64,000 nt of DNA from Azolla caroliniana (Eukaryota > Plantae > Polypodiophyta), in contig JBHGNT010000007.1 of the NCBI GenBank assembly GCA_043228905.1, positions 8,060,001 to 8,124,000 on the forward strand, in the 5' to 3' direction. Of the stretch, positions 36,801 to 48,636 are shown one piece after another. The notes under the pieces were generated by a model. The model was not told the origin of the DNA, did not search any database, and saw only the letters and a list, made by a program, of their open reading frames with translations. Position numbers and translations under genes: made by a program. Every line of letters starts with the position of its first letter. The first letter of the stretch is position 1.

Positions 36801-39328
36801 CAGAATCTAGAGATTGATGAAGACTGTCAAAATGAAGACAAAGACAGATCAGAAAATGTAGAAGACTGTCACAGAGATGGAGACAAGGTTGGACAGCAAA
36901 GTCCAACATCAACAGAATGTTCTGGACCATCAAAAAGCTCAGATGGTAAATCTGATTCAAATTCATGGAGTGGAAAAACTGGACAGAAAAAATCTGATGA
37001 CAAAAAAGGAAAACAGAAAATGCCAGAGTATGAAATCCCGGATGACCTATCAAAAAACATGGAAGATGAAGATTCAGATATGTCTTTGGATGATTTCCTT
37101 GGAATACAGGAAATGAAAATCCCTGGTATGGAAAAGGCAATAAAGAATGCAAATCAGAAACTGAGAAGATCAGATAGAGAGAAAAAGACTGTGGAAAGAT
37201 TTGGGTATGATACATATATGGCTATGCACTATGCATATATGTCTAAGGTGGTACAGATCCCTGACCCAAACAGCTTTGAAGAAGCAAAATCTGAGAAGAA
37301 ATGGATGGATGCAATGCAAGAAGAGATTGATGCATTGGCTGAGAACAAAACGTGGGATTTAGTGAAGTTACCAAAAGAGAAAAATGTGGTAGGCTGCAAA
37401 TGGGTCTACAAGACAAAGCATGACTCAAATGGGAATGTAAGTAGACATAAAGCAAGATTGGTTGCAAAAGGATATGCTCAGATGCAAGGGATTGATTATG
37501 ATGAGACTTTTGCACCGGTTGCAAAGATGGCAACCTTGAGAACACTACTTGCTGTAGGAGCAGCCAGAAAATGGATTTTGCATCACATGGATGTAAAAAA
37601 TGCCTTTTTACATGGTAACTTGGAAGAAGAAGTGTATATGAGTCAACCACCAGGTTTTGAAGATAAGAAACATCCTGATTATGTATGTAAGCTGAAAAAA
37701 GCTCTCTATGGACTGAAACAGGCACCAAGAGCATGGCATAGAGAACTTTCAGATTCTCTGAAAAATCTTGGTTTCAAAATGTCAAAAGCTGATCCTTCTT
37801 TGTATGTAAAAAGTGAAAATGATTGCATTGTTATTATTCTGATTTATGTAGATGATTTGATTATTGGAGGAGATTCCGTGGATGAAATAAGAAAGTTGGA
37901 AAAAAATCTGGAAATGCAGTTTCATATGAAAGATTTGGGAGATCTGAGATATTTTCTTGGTATTGAAATCATCAGATCTGAAAGTGGTATATGTATGTTG
38001 CAAAAACAGTATGCAACAACTATGTTGAAAAAGTATGGTATGCTTGGATGCAAACCTACTGTTGTACCACTTGATAAAAACTGCAAGTTGAGGGCTGATT
38101 TGGGAGCCAAGATAGAAGATGTAAACATGTACAGGTCTATGGTGGGCAGCCTTATTTATTTGACTATAACAAGACCTGATTTGAGCTATGTTGTTGGATT
38201 AGTCAGCCAGTTTATGCAACAGCCAACAAAGCCACATTTGGACTGCATCAGAAGGATTCTGAGGTATGTAAAAGCAACTCAGAACTTTGGACTATTTTAC
38301 AGGGCTGATCTAGACATAAATCTGGAAGGATATACAGATGTTGATTGGGCTGGAAGCCAAACAGACAGGAGATCCACAAGTGGATACATGTTTACCTTGG
38401 GAAGTGCAGGAATTTCATGGAGTAGCAAGAAACAGGCTACTGTTGCATTGTCCAGTACAGAAGCTGAGTATAGAGGGGCTGCAATAGCCACATGTGAAGA
38501 AGTATGGATCAGAAGACTGCTTGCTGATCTGGGAGTATATATAGATGGTGCTGTCACAATCTGGTGTGACAATATGAGCAGCATTCAGCTTGCAAAGAAC
38601 CCAGTGTTCCATGCAAGAACAAAGCACATTGAGGTGCATTATCACTTTGTTAGAGAAAAAGTGATGGAAGGTGAAGTTGATCTGGTGTATGTGAATACAA
38701 ATCAGCAGGTTGCTGATATCCTTACGAAGGGATTGAGTGTGGAAAAACATACACAGTTTCGGAACATGATGGGAGTTGTAAACATTGATGAGATGGCTAA
38801 AAAGCAAAATGGAAAAGAAGATTGAAGAGAACCTCAAGCAAGAATAAGTTGAGCTTGAGGGGGAGTGTTGAGAAGCAAGCTCAACATGGTATGCGATGCT
38901 TATGAGAAATAAGCTATAGTAGCTATTTAGCTACTAGTGAACAAAAAGGTAAAACATCTATTTAGCTAGTGACAGCTAATTAGCTAGTGAACAGCTATTT
39001 AGCGACTGACAGCTAATTAGCTACTGGCAGCTAATTAGCTGCATGTGTAATAACTTATGACTTAGGTAAAAGTAAGTGAGAGTGAATAGGAAGTAAGCAG
39101 TAAGAAGACATACAGTGAGTAGAGAACTCTGAGAGAGAGTGAGAGACCAGAAGACTGACGAGAGCAAGTTGAGCTCTACATGTAATAGAAGAAAACCATT
39201 TTGCTACTACAGAGGTAAGTCCCCTTTCCTTTCTCTGTCTGTTTAGAGCACGCTAACGATCCAGCACACTACGATCCGCCGCGCATACAAAAGAAGAGCC
39301 CGAGTGCCTTCTTCACGTTTTCTTAACA
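33891..39328 (+). mobile_element. Complete Ty1/copia element C3
   Basis: 463-bp LTRs 33891-34353 and 38866-39328 (6 substitutions). TSD TTCTT on both sides. PBS TGGTATCAGAGC 34354, PPT 38857-38865. Confidence 0.98.
34499..38825 (+). CDS. C3 gag-pol polyprotein, intact except for one frameshift at a T7 run (~36343-36349)
   Basis: ORFs 34481-36355 and 36306-38825 overlap at RSDGGGEYFSNEFSDF/LCNQGIRRQFTCRYTPQQNG. All copia motifs are present. Confidence 0.9.
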
Positions 39329-39590
39329 TTCTTCAATGACCTCGTACATCTTGATTGAATGGACAGGAACTTGGATTTCGTTGTCTTCTTCCATTGCTTC
39401 CAAATGAGTTATTGTATCTTCAAAACTTAATTCTTCAAACATATCCTGAATTTCTTCATCATCATCTATTAATCCAGAACACTTAAAGTACTCGAAAGCA
39501 TTTTGTATTTTATTATTATTTACTTTTAGTATAAAAGTAGCACCATTAGATGAGATTGTACAAGGAATATCTTTATTTACATTATTATTT

Positions 39591-39655
39591 ATGGGGTTTT
39601 CTTTTATGTTCGGACTATCACAGCCCCTACCTGTAAAAGCCCTATCTAAAAATCC
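39591..39655 (-). promoter_or_regulatory. Predicted -1 ribosomal frameshift signal of G-A
   Basis: G GAT TTT TAG followed by the stem GGGCTTTTACAG/CTGTGATAGTCC, whose loop GGGG can pair with downstream CCCC. The -1 frame is open into pol. Confidence 0.8.
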
Positions 39656-41760
39656 TGGGAAAACTCTTCATCCATCTCTTGAATTGGATGTTCCCTCAAG
39701 CATTCTTTGTTTCTTTCATGGTTAGGCCTCACGGTTAAGAATTGGACAATCTTTCTTCCATCTTGACTCTTGATTCTCGCGAAAGCCGAACCATCATCAA
39801 TAACCTTTGTTTCCATCCTCACTGCGGTGATGTAGGGCTGGCCAAGGATGACAGGGTAGGTTGATCGATCCTGCACAAAGAAATTTTGATTCACCGAGAC
39901 ATCACCAATTGTTACCTTCACACTAGGACATGCTCTGAATAGATCCTCCGTAGTTTCTGTGGCAGCTCTTATTTTCCACCCATGATTCTTGTCGATCGGC
40001 CACCGTCCTCGAGCATAAAATTCCGATGACATCATGTTAATCTCCGATCCATGATCGATCAAAGCAATACATGGAATTTGCTGCTCCCCAATTTTTGCAA
40101 GTGCCTCCGTTGTTGCTCGAGCCCAATGGTCCCTTGTATAGTGACTCCTATCCCCTTCATGGACGCCAACATCATTCTGGTTTTCTACACTTGCAGCATT
40201 GATGGTGCCAGAATACAAATCTTGAAGTGTTGTTGCACACCCTCCCGTAATTTCCTCCGTCACCTGTCTCTTCCTTCTAATAATATCTATGATAACTTCA
40301 TGAAATTCTTTCTTTGCTATACCCAACACTTCTCTTAAAGTAAATTCTACCTTACTATTTAGTATTCTTGTTTCTAGTACCTTTTTTATATCCGTTGTTT
40401 TTTCTATGTCTGAGGCAAGCTTGAAAGATGGGCATGTCTTTCCTTTTACTTTATCAGCTTCCTTCGGCTCAGTAGCACCCTTTTCCATCTCCCTTCTCTT
40501 CTGTTCTCGTGTCTCATGTCTCTTTGTCGGATCAGCTTCCTCAGCTCTCTTCCGCTTCTCTTCCACTAGCACATCTCGTGCATTCACTTGGGCGAATGCT
40601 GATAGCGCGTCTACTGGATCATTCCATCTAGTGAAGTTTCGTATTTCATCTCCCGCTCTTTTTAATTCATCCACTCGAACCTTCCCTTTTCTTGCATAAT
40701 CCATCACATCTTGCCAAAAGCTAGATCCACCATATGAGTCTTCTACGCGCAATCCTAAGGTTGCCACGGATTGTATCGCTTGCGTCGTTTCTCTCTCGGT
40801 ATCTTCCATTAGCTTTTTCATTCCTCCTCGCCCAAAGTTGAGTTGAAGTGGTTGTCGAGTCTCAGTTGAGTGAATCTTGCCATCTTGATAGTAGATTTTA
40901 TTATGATTAAGAGCATCCCTATGCTCTTGACAATCTTTCTTCTGGTGGTCGATACTATCACACCACATACACCTTCGGACCATTCCACCTCCCTGCCTTG
41001 ATGAAGTCGAGCTTTGTCCCGATTCTAGCTTCGTCACTTTGATCGACAAGTCTTTCATGCCTTTCACCAATTCGTGTAAGAGTGATTCTTCTACTTTCTT
41101 TTCTCCTGACTCATTCCCCATTTCTTCATCATTTCTGTCGGGCAACTCCATAAACCATAACTTTCTTTTGCAAAAATGGGCGCACACCCTTTTCACCTCC
41201 TCCCAGTCTTCGGTAAGTCCACTTGGACTATTCTGATCTTCTAAAAGCATTCCCAAGTCCTTCTTGTCTTTAATATTAGTGGCTTGGAGAAACAATATTA
41301 CTTTATCTAGCATTAGTATATTTCTATCCCTAATATTTAATTGCTCAAATCTTTCAGAAAACTCTTTTAATACTTCCAAAACACTTAAATGTTTATCAGA
41401 CTCTACCCAATCCATGAAAGCTTGCCTTGTCATCCTTGACATATCGTTGAGGTTGTATTCATTGAGTAATGCTCTTTCGAACGTTGTCCATGTCTGATTC
41501 TCCCTTCAGAGCTCTTGGATCCTCTCTTGTAGCCCAATCGCAGCGATGCGACTAAAGCTATTAATTTTTGTAGCTTCATTGACACCGCGTTTAAGCATTT
41601 CTTCATTATAAATCTTCAGAAATCTTGTTAAATTTATACCTTCGAAGATTCCTACTCGTGTGAGAATATTGTCGACGGCTTTGTCGATGCTTGTCATCAT
41701 CCCTTGTTCCCGCATCACTCGTTCCATCATCGTACACATAAGCCTCATTTGCTCCTCCAT
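39646..41760 (-). pseudogene. G-A Gag-protease ORF1 (disrupted near the N-terminus)
   Basis: CMWCDSIDHQKKDC zinc knuckle. Protease ALIDHGSEIN...ILGQPY is in the same ORF. Confidence 0.88.
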
Positions 41761-41778
41761 TTCTCCTCGTCCGCCGCC

Positions 41779-41796
41779 TTCACGTCGGGTTCACCA
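41779..41796 (-). promoter_or_regulatory. PBS complementary to tRNA-Trp (also 54793-54810 and 29639-29656)
   Basis: TGGTGAACCCGACGTGAA is the reverse complement of the plant cytosolic tRNA-Trp 3' end TTCACGTCGGGTTCACCA. There is a 4-nt spacer after the LTR in all three elements. Confidence 0.9.
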
Positions 41797-41936
41797 AATG
41801 TGTCGGGGTAGTTGTGGTTCGTGCGGCGAAGTCGCGGGGACTAAGGTTAAGCGGAGTTGAAGAAACTTAACTTTTAATAAGGCTTGTATGGTGATGATAG
41901 AATGGTTAAGGATAGTAAGAAGAAGAGTTACGAGTA

Positions 41937-41984
<48 letters not shown>

Positions 41985-42491
41985 AGAGCATAGATAAAAG
42001 ATAGAGACAATGTATGATTCAAGAAAGAAGATTGCGACAAAGTATGATTCTAGAATAAGATTGAGACAAAGTATGATTCAAGAAGCAAGAGTATATGATA
42101 TAAACATGATGTATATTAAAAAGACAATATTTTACCAACTTTACAATCCTTGATCGCAAACTGAACACATTCTCTATCGACCCTTGATTTGAACCCACGA
42201 CATCAACTTCGAAACGAGAGGTTCTCCACCCAATGAGCTAGTCTTCTTTACTTGATTGTATTATTTTCTCACTCTCTCTTGATTCCTTCCTTTTTGTTTT
42301 CCTTTCCCCTCTTTTTATAAGTATTTCCATGCATATGGTAATGTCATGCATGTAATGCATGATCGCCATTTGGCGCACATGCATTGCATGTGATGAATGA
42401 TGGCTATGTATGAAAATAGATATGAGATAATTATAATGATGAAAATGCATTCTAAAATAACTAACCTAGCTTAGTGGTGTATGCTTGGTGC

Positions 42492-43685
42492 CTGGGACTA
42501 CGGTTTCCCTGTCTTCCGCGTTCTGATTCGGTAAGGAGCGCTTTGGAGTTGGAGCTCGTATCTTTATCTTTCCGACACGCCTCCTCATCTAGCAAGCTCG
42601 ACTTTACTCTTGCTAGGGATAACCGCTTTCCTTCCGGCCCGGCGTTGCCCAAAGTGACAACCAACGTCTCCCAGCTATCCGGGAGGGAACCGAGCAGGAA
42701 TAGCTCTAGTACCTCGTCGGCGAGAGGTACTTCCAATTATGTTGCCTGGTGGATCAGCCCCTAGAAGGCATTCATGTGCTCCGCCATGTTGGAGCCATCT
42801 TGGTACTAGAATCTTACTAGCTTCCGGAATACCGAAACCTGATTAACAACATTTTTGTTTTGAAACATTATGACAATCTTCTCCCAGAGCTCATGAGCCT
42901 TGCTCTCTTCATTGAAGTTGTTGTACAGGCTCAGCCGCTCATGTCAATGAGGGCACCGTATGTACGCCGTTGTCTTCATGTGCATCACCTCCCATATCGC
43001 GGCGTCGATTTTGTCTGGTCTCTTGTCCCCGAACTGAACCGGCAGCCAGAGGTCTTTAACCACGATCATGTCCCTCATCCTCGACTTCCACACTGAATAG
43101 CTGGAGCCGGTAAGCTTGAACATGCCGCCAAACGATTCGTCCATTTTCTGTGTCGTTTCGCTCTGATACCACTTGACGGGAACTCAACGCTCCTTCTACA
43201 CGACGCTCAGCCACAACCGAGCTTAGAATCATACACAGAAAACGGGAAATAAATGCGCGACACTGTGAAGAGAAGTGTACACGGGATGTTTACGTGGAAA
43301 ACCCAAACTAAGGGAAAAACCACGGCAGCCCACAGGCTGCAAACTATCACTATGTTAGAATGTACAACAGTGAGTTCAAAGAGGCAACGACCTCATGCTC
43401 ACGATCTTCGCCACAGGCAGCGGTTACAACAAAGGCAACGACCTCTTTCTCTCTCTCTCTCTCTCTCTGCACACAGTTACGCGCTCTCTCTTTTCTTGCA
43501 CCAACAAGAAATGACAACAACAACTAAAAGTTTGCCCTAAGTCATATTTATACTAATATGACTTTTCGGCTATTTACAAATGTAGCCACGATGGACTCTC
43601 AGAAACATATTTACAAATATGTCTCTTCATCCGGAGAGCATTCCTCACCGGGTCTGCACCATCCGGAGGGACCTGTCTCCCAACA
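42492..43685 (-). mobile_element. Tork/Tnt1-type copia C6, 5' LTR (43174-43685), Met PBS, partial gag
   Basis: MFKLTGSSYSVWKSRMRD and LLGSLPDSWETLVVTL. PBS ends 43171. Inserted into the C5 integrase. Confidence 0.88.
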
Positions 43686-44263
43686 GCATGTAGTCGTCGA
43701 TGAAGGAGACGAAATATCGGCTCCCACCAAGACTAACGTTTTGTGCCAGCCCCCATACATCGGAATGAATAATGTTGTCGTGCCTTTCGACTCCGGATCG
43801 TTGCGTGAGTCGGGTGGGAACCGCTGGGGTTTTGGACTAAGAGGAAAGAAAATTCTAAGTCAATTAAGAATATGAAATATATTGTAAGAAAGAAAAATAT
43901 GAAAACTTCGTGAATCCCATGAGTATAGTGTATTAGTGAGTAATCAAATTAAGAGAGAATAGTTAGCAAATTCCTGAATCCCACGATTATCTTATATTAA
44001 TCAACCCTTGTAAAATAATCAACAACCTCTATACATCTTTCTCTCTTCCTTATATAGTGTTGGAAGAGTCTCAGTTTATCACATGCAAGCATCATGCTTT
44101 TTCTATCTTTAGTTTTCATGTACACTGCATGTGCATGATTAGCTTTATATCTCATCTTTTCTTTTTAACTCGAGTGTCTATGCATGAATAACTTTTGTAC
44201 CATGCATGTCTAGAAATTTTACATGGAATAAAGTTTAGTATAACTTTAAAATTCATAATACCC

Positions 44264-44322
44264 TACTATAATGATAAGGCTTAACATTATTAACATGGAG
44301 GTGCAAGGTTCGAATCTTGCCC
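44264..44322 (+). promoter_or_regulatory. Degenerate tRNA-like A/B-box module in the G-B LTR (copy at ~55303-55360)
   Basis: TACTATAATGA...GCAAGGTTCGAATCTTGC, homologous to the cleaner module at 56113. Confidence 0.55.
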
Positions 44323-47300
44323 TATGCATGTTATATATATTTTTTATACTTTCTTCTATTTACAAATACGTCTCTTCATCCGGTGAGATACTCTCATCGG
44401 CCTTCTTCATCCAGCTCTTTCCGGTTCTGCTTCATCTAGTGCTTGATAGTTTTCTTTGTCCGGTTCTTACCGGGACCTCCTTACCGATCTCTGCGTCCGT
44501 TTCTCACCGACTCTCACCGGCCTTCTTCATCCAGCTCTTGCCGGGTCTCCTTGCCGGTTTCGGTCCTTACTAGTTCCTTCTTCCGGTTCTCACCGGGTAC
44601 TCCATGTCCTATCTGGAGAGACCAAAAATGTAATTTTTCACGTAGTGTATGAATTACACTACGACACTCGCCTCCTCCGAACCCGCACATCCTCCGGTAT
44701 GTGCCGAAGTCCCCGATGCTTGCTATTCACCTTCATCCGAAGCTTCCTCCGATTCTCCCCTTAAGTCAACGATGAGTTCTAATCCACTTTCTTCACTTTC
44801 CGCATCACCGCGATCTTCGTCCGATTGCTCCTTCTGGTCTGTCTTGTCTAGGATCACATAGGGTTCTTCATCAGTTCGCTTCTTGAAAATCTTCACCCGT
44901 TTCCCGGCTATAGGCACTCGTAGCATTGTTCCATCTAACTCACATAGTCGGTAAGTTCCGCTGTCGAAAACTTTCCGAACCTCGTATGGACCGAACCACC
45001 TTTTCGCGAACTTCCGCATCGTTGTATGTTGATGATCCAAACTACTATCGTAGACAATCACCCAATCTCCCTCTTCAATCTTCCACGGTCGTAGTCGGTG
45101 CTTTGTGTCGAACCGGCTTTTATTCCGGAATCGCGCTTCTTGTTGTCGGCGTATTGCTTCTGCTATGTCTTCCGGTCTTCCCTCCAGTTGTCGTATCCGG
45201 ACCGCTAGTAGTTCTTCCCGGCTCATCTCTTCCTTCCATGGTAGCATTGTCCATGTCGCAATTGCGGTTTCCGTCGGCATTACCGGTGCTTGTCCGGTCA
45301 TGAGTTCTGTCGGCATATAACCGGTTACGGAGCTATGCGTTGTCCGATCCGCCCATAGTGCATACGGGAGCATCTGCGGCCAATCCATCACCCTTCCGTC
45401 GCATGCTTTGGCAAGTGCTTTGACGATCGGACTATGTCCTCGCTCGACCTTCCCGTTGGCTTCCGGATTGTATGCCATTGTTAGTGTTAACCGAACTCCA
45501 TGTTTGGCGAAGAATCCCCTAGCTTTATCAGAGTCAAGTTCTCCCCGATCCGCAATCACTTGTCCTACGCACCCGTACCTACAAAACACTTCTTCCAAAA
45601 GGAATTGGCATACCATAGAACATGTTTTCCTCCGTAGCACCCGACCTTCTACTTGGTTTGTGAGATCTTCCCGAGCTAACACTAAGTACTTCTTTTGTCC
45701 GATCCCGGTTGGCATGGCTACAATGTCGACCATCCATTTGAAGTTGATTGTCGGTGAGAATGTCGGATGTAACTCATCTCGGTGTCAAACTCTGGAGTAG
45801 ATTTGACACTTCTCGCAGCTTTCCATGAACTCCGAGACATCTTTGTACATATTCTTCCACCAATATCTTTGCTTGATCTTCCCAAATGTTGCCCATGTTC
45901 CCCGATGTCCAGCCCAATCAGATTCATGAAATTCGGACATTACCTGGTTTCATTGCTCTTTTGTCCTGACTACTCGAAGTGGTATGCCACCCGGTCTTTT
46001 CGGCTCCCTCCATAAAAACCCATTTTTCAAGAAGAACTTTCGGACTTGCCGTTTCTTACTTCGGACCTCGGCTCTCTTCTCTTTATTGTCCGATGATTCC
46101 TCGATTTCTTGTAGCATTTTCCCGATCAACAAGCTTTCTCCCTCATATTCTTCTTCCCGGAATTCTTGGATTACGTCCACCCGGCATATGTGCTCCGAAG
46201 CAAAGTAGTCTTCGGAAACTTCTTCATTATCGGATTCAGTTATGTCATCTCCGAACCGCGCCCTTGATAGCATATCCGCTACAATGTTGTCTTTTCCGGA
46301 GATGTGTCTTACCTCCGGATTAAGTGACTTAACATATGCAATCCATCTTAGCATAGCCACATCCGGTATCGTGCAACACCGCATCATCCCGAGTATCGGA
46401 AGACAATCCGTTTCGATCACTACTTCGGCTCCGATCAAATAATCTCGATCTGATTTGATTGCCGACACGACTCCCCATAATTCTCTTTTAACTTGTGCAT
46501 ATCCGTGTTGCCTTTCGTTGAGAACCTTTGCTCCGAATCAGATCGGATATCGCGAACCTTCCGGATCGGCTTGATTGATGACCCATCCGATTCCAGTTGG
46601 ACTTGTGTCAACCGTTACTATGATCGGTTGGTCATAGTTCGGCTTCTTTAGTGCTTCTGCCCTCCGTAGTGATTTCTTGAGCTTCTTCACGGCTTTGGTA
46701 TGCTCCAGTTTCCATTCAAACTTCTTACCCTTCCGCAACAAGTGATAGAGTGGGTCCCCTATATGTGCATAGTGCGGAATCCATATGTGGTAGAATGCAC
46801 ATGCTCCAAGAAACCTTCGAACTTCGGATTGTGACTCGCATACTTCTTTCATAGCTTGAATCACATCGATCTTGGTTGGTGACGGTCTTCGGCCGTAGGG
46901 CCCACATAGATGTCCGACTACCAATATTTCTTCTTGTCCGAATGCCGATTTCTCTCCGGAAAGTGGTAGATGCACATCTTCTAACTTCCGTAACACTTTC
47001 TCACAATCACGGATATGATTGACTACAAACCTTCGGCATCCCCGTTCATCCATAGCTTCCTCTTTTTCTTCCACCGCACACCCTTTCATCGGAATATCAT
47101 CTAGGAACGGCATCGTTATCTCCGGTATGCAATCCCAGAGCACCTTGTTCATCGCATTCATCATATGTGCAACTGAGTTCGTCGCGCCTTGTGGTAGCGT
47201 ACACATCCGGACTAATCCTATCGGTGTTCGCATGGTAGTGATGTCTCGGCTCTCCACAGCTAGTTGGAAATGGTCATATCCGGAATATAGGTCTCCGATG

Positions 47301-48201
47301 GAGTATATCGCGCGACCGGCAAATGCTTCTGCAAATTCTTCTACTATCGGACCGACTCCGGAGTTCCGGATCGTGACCTTGTTCACCGGTTGCAAATCTT
47401 GAATAAATCGGAGTGACCCATTCTTCTTCGGAACCGTAAACCATCGATTTGAGTACGGAGCATTTCATGGCTCTAGAATCCCCATTGCCACCTTCTCCTT
47501 AAGCAAGTCGATGATTTTCGGAATATGCACCCGTGGCACCGGAATCGGCTTCAGGTTCCACGGCACATGGTCAATCGTGAAGATCACCATCGGCTCCACT
47601 ATCTTCAGGTCAACACATCTTATTTCTTTCGATGTAAATGCAAATGCTCTCCCATGTCGCTCTAGCATCCCACTAAATCGTTCTTCTTCATTCTTTAATA
47701 GGAACCCACCTCCACCGATCAGAAGTTTCTTCCGGGTCTCATCCGTGAAGGCATGTCCGATATCCATGGACTTCCGAAGTGTCGGATCCCCCGAGACTTC
47801 TTTCCTCCTTTGTTCGCTATCTGCGGGTAACGGTCCCGCGGCCGGTTTCACTTTCTTCTCCACGGTCTTGTATTTCGTACTTACCATTGCTTCTTCTTTG
47901 CAGAGCGCATCCGGCCCCATTTTCACAATGATCTCGTACATCTCAACCGACTCCACCAGAATTACCCAGTTTCCCTGGCTTGTATCTTCCGCGAGCTCTT
48001 CAAGCCGTTGTAGTGTGCTCCCATAGAACACTTCTTCGACTATTCCCATGATTTCTTCATCTTCATTTATTATTGATGCCGACCGTAACTTATCCTCCAC
48101 CTTTCGGTATTCTTTCTTCATTCCTCCGGTTACGGCCGTGTACGTGGATGCCCCATCCGGACCGATTCGTACTTGTTTTGGACCGAGAAGTTTCTTCCTG
48201 T

Positions 48202-48265
48202 GTGGGGTATCAGGGCTTCTCGGACTATCACTTCCCCACTCCGCAACAATCCGCTCTAAAAATCC
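48202..48265 (-). promoter_or_regulatory. Predicted -1 ribosomal frameshift signal of G-B
   Basis: G GAT TTT TAG followed by the stem CGGATTGTTGC/GTGATAGTCCG. Loop GTGGGG pairs with downstream CCCCAC. The -1 frame is continuous with ORF 47465-48121. Confidence 0.82.
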
Positions 48266-48636
48266 ATTCTTGTTTGGAACAAGAGCTCTCTCTTGTTCCT
48301 TTCATGATTTGCCGGCACCGTTAGGAATTGGACGGATTTCCCTCCGTTTTGGCTCCGAATTCGCGCAAAAGCCGCACCGCTATCGAGCACCTTCGTCTCC
48401 ATCCATGATGTCGTGATAAAAGGTTGCCCGAGGATCACGGAGTGTGAGACCTCGTCTTGTACGAAGAAATTTTGGTCGATCTCGACATCCCCGATCTTCA
48501 CCGTCACATCCGGACAAGCCGCAAATAGATCTTCCGTTGCTTTAGTGGCCGCCCGGATCTTCCACCCATGATTCGTGTTAATAGGCCACTTACCCTTCCG
48601 ATAGAATTCCTTGGACATCAAATTGATCTCCGGTCC

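Larger units (their letters stand above)
30748..39648 (-). pseudogene. G-A pol (RT-RNase H-integrase), interrupted by C3 and in-frame stops
   Basis: YKTVEKKVRP, LPQGATNSVA, PFLDDVPIKG, VDSSPIGIGW, YNPETNGKVERGH, WFGPY. Stops at 33382, 31936 and 31690. Confidence 0.92.
29841..42491 (-). mobile_element. Trp-lineage gypsy G-A, near full length, carrying copia C3
   Basis: 3' LTR 29841-30755, PPT 30756-30767, 5' LTR 41801-42491 (truncated), PBS 41779-41796. Gag-PR 41760-39646, pol 39648-30748. Confidence 0.95.

Noticed and set aside
44723-44880. Chromodomain at the C-terminus of the Trp-gypsy integrases
   Set aside because: After the GPY/F motif there is only a short acidic tail, with no YLVKW/W-E-P pattern in G-A, G-B or G-C.
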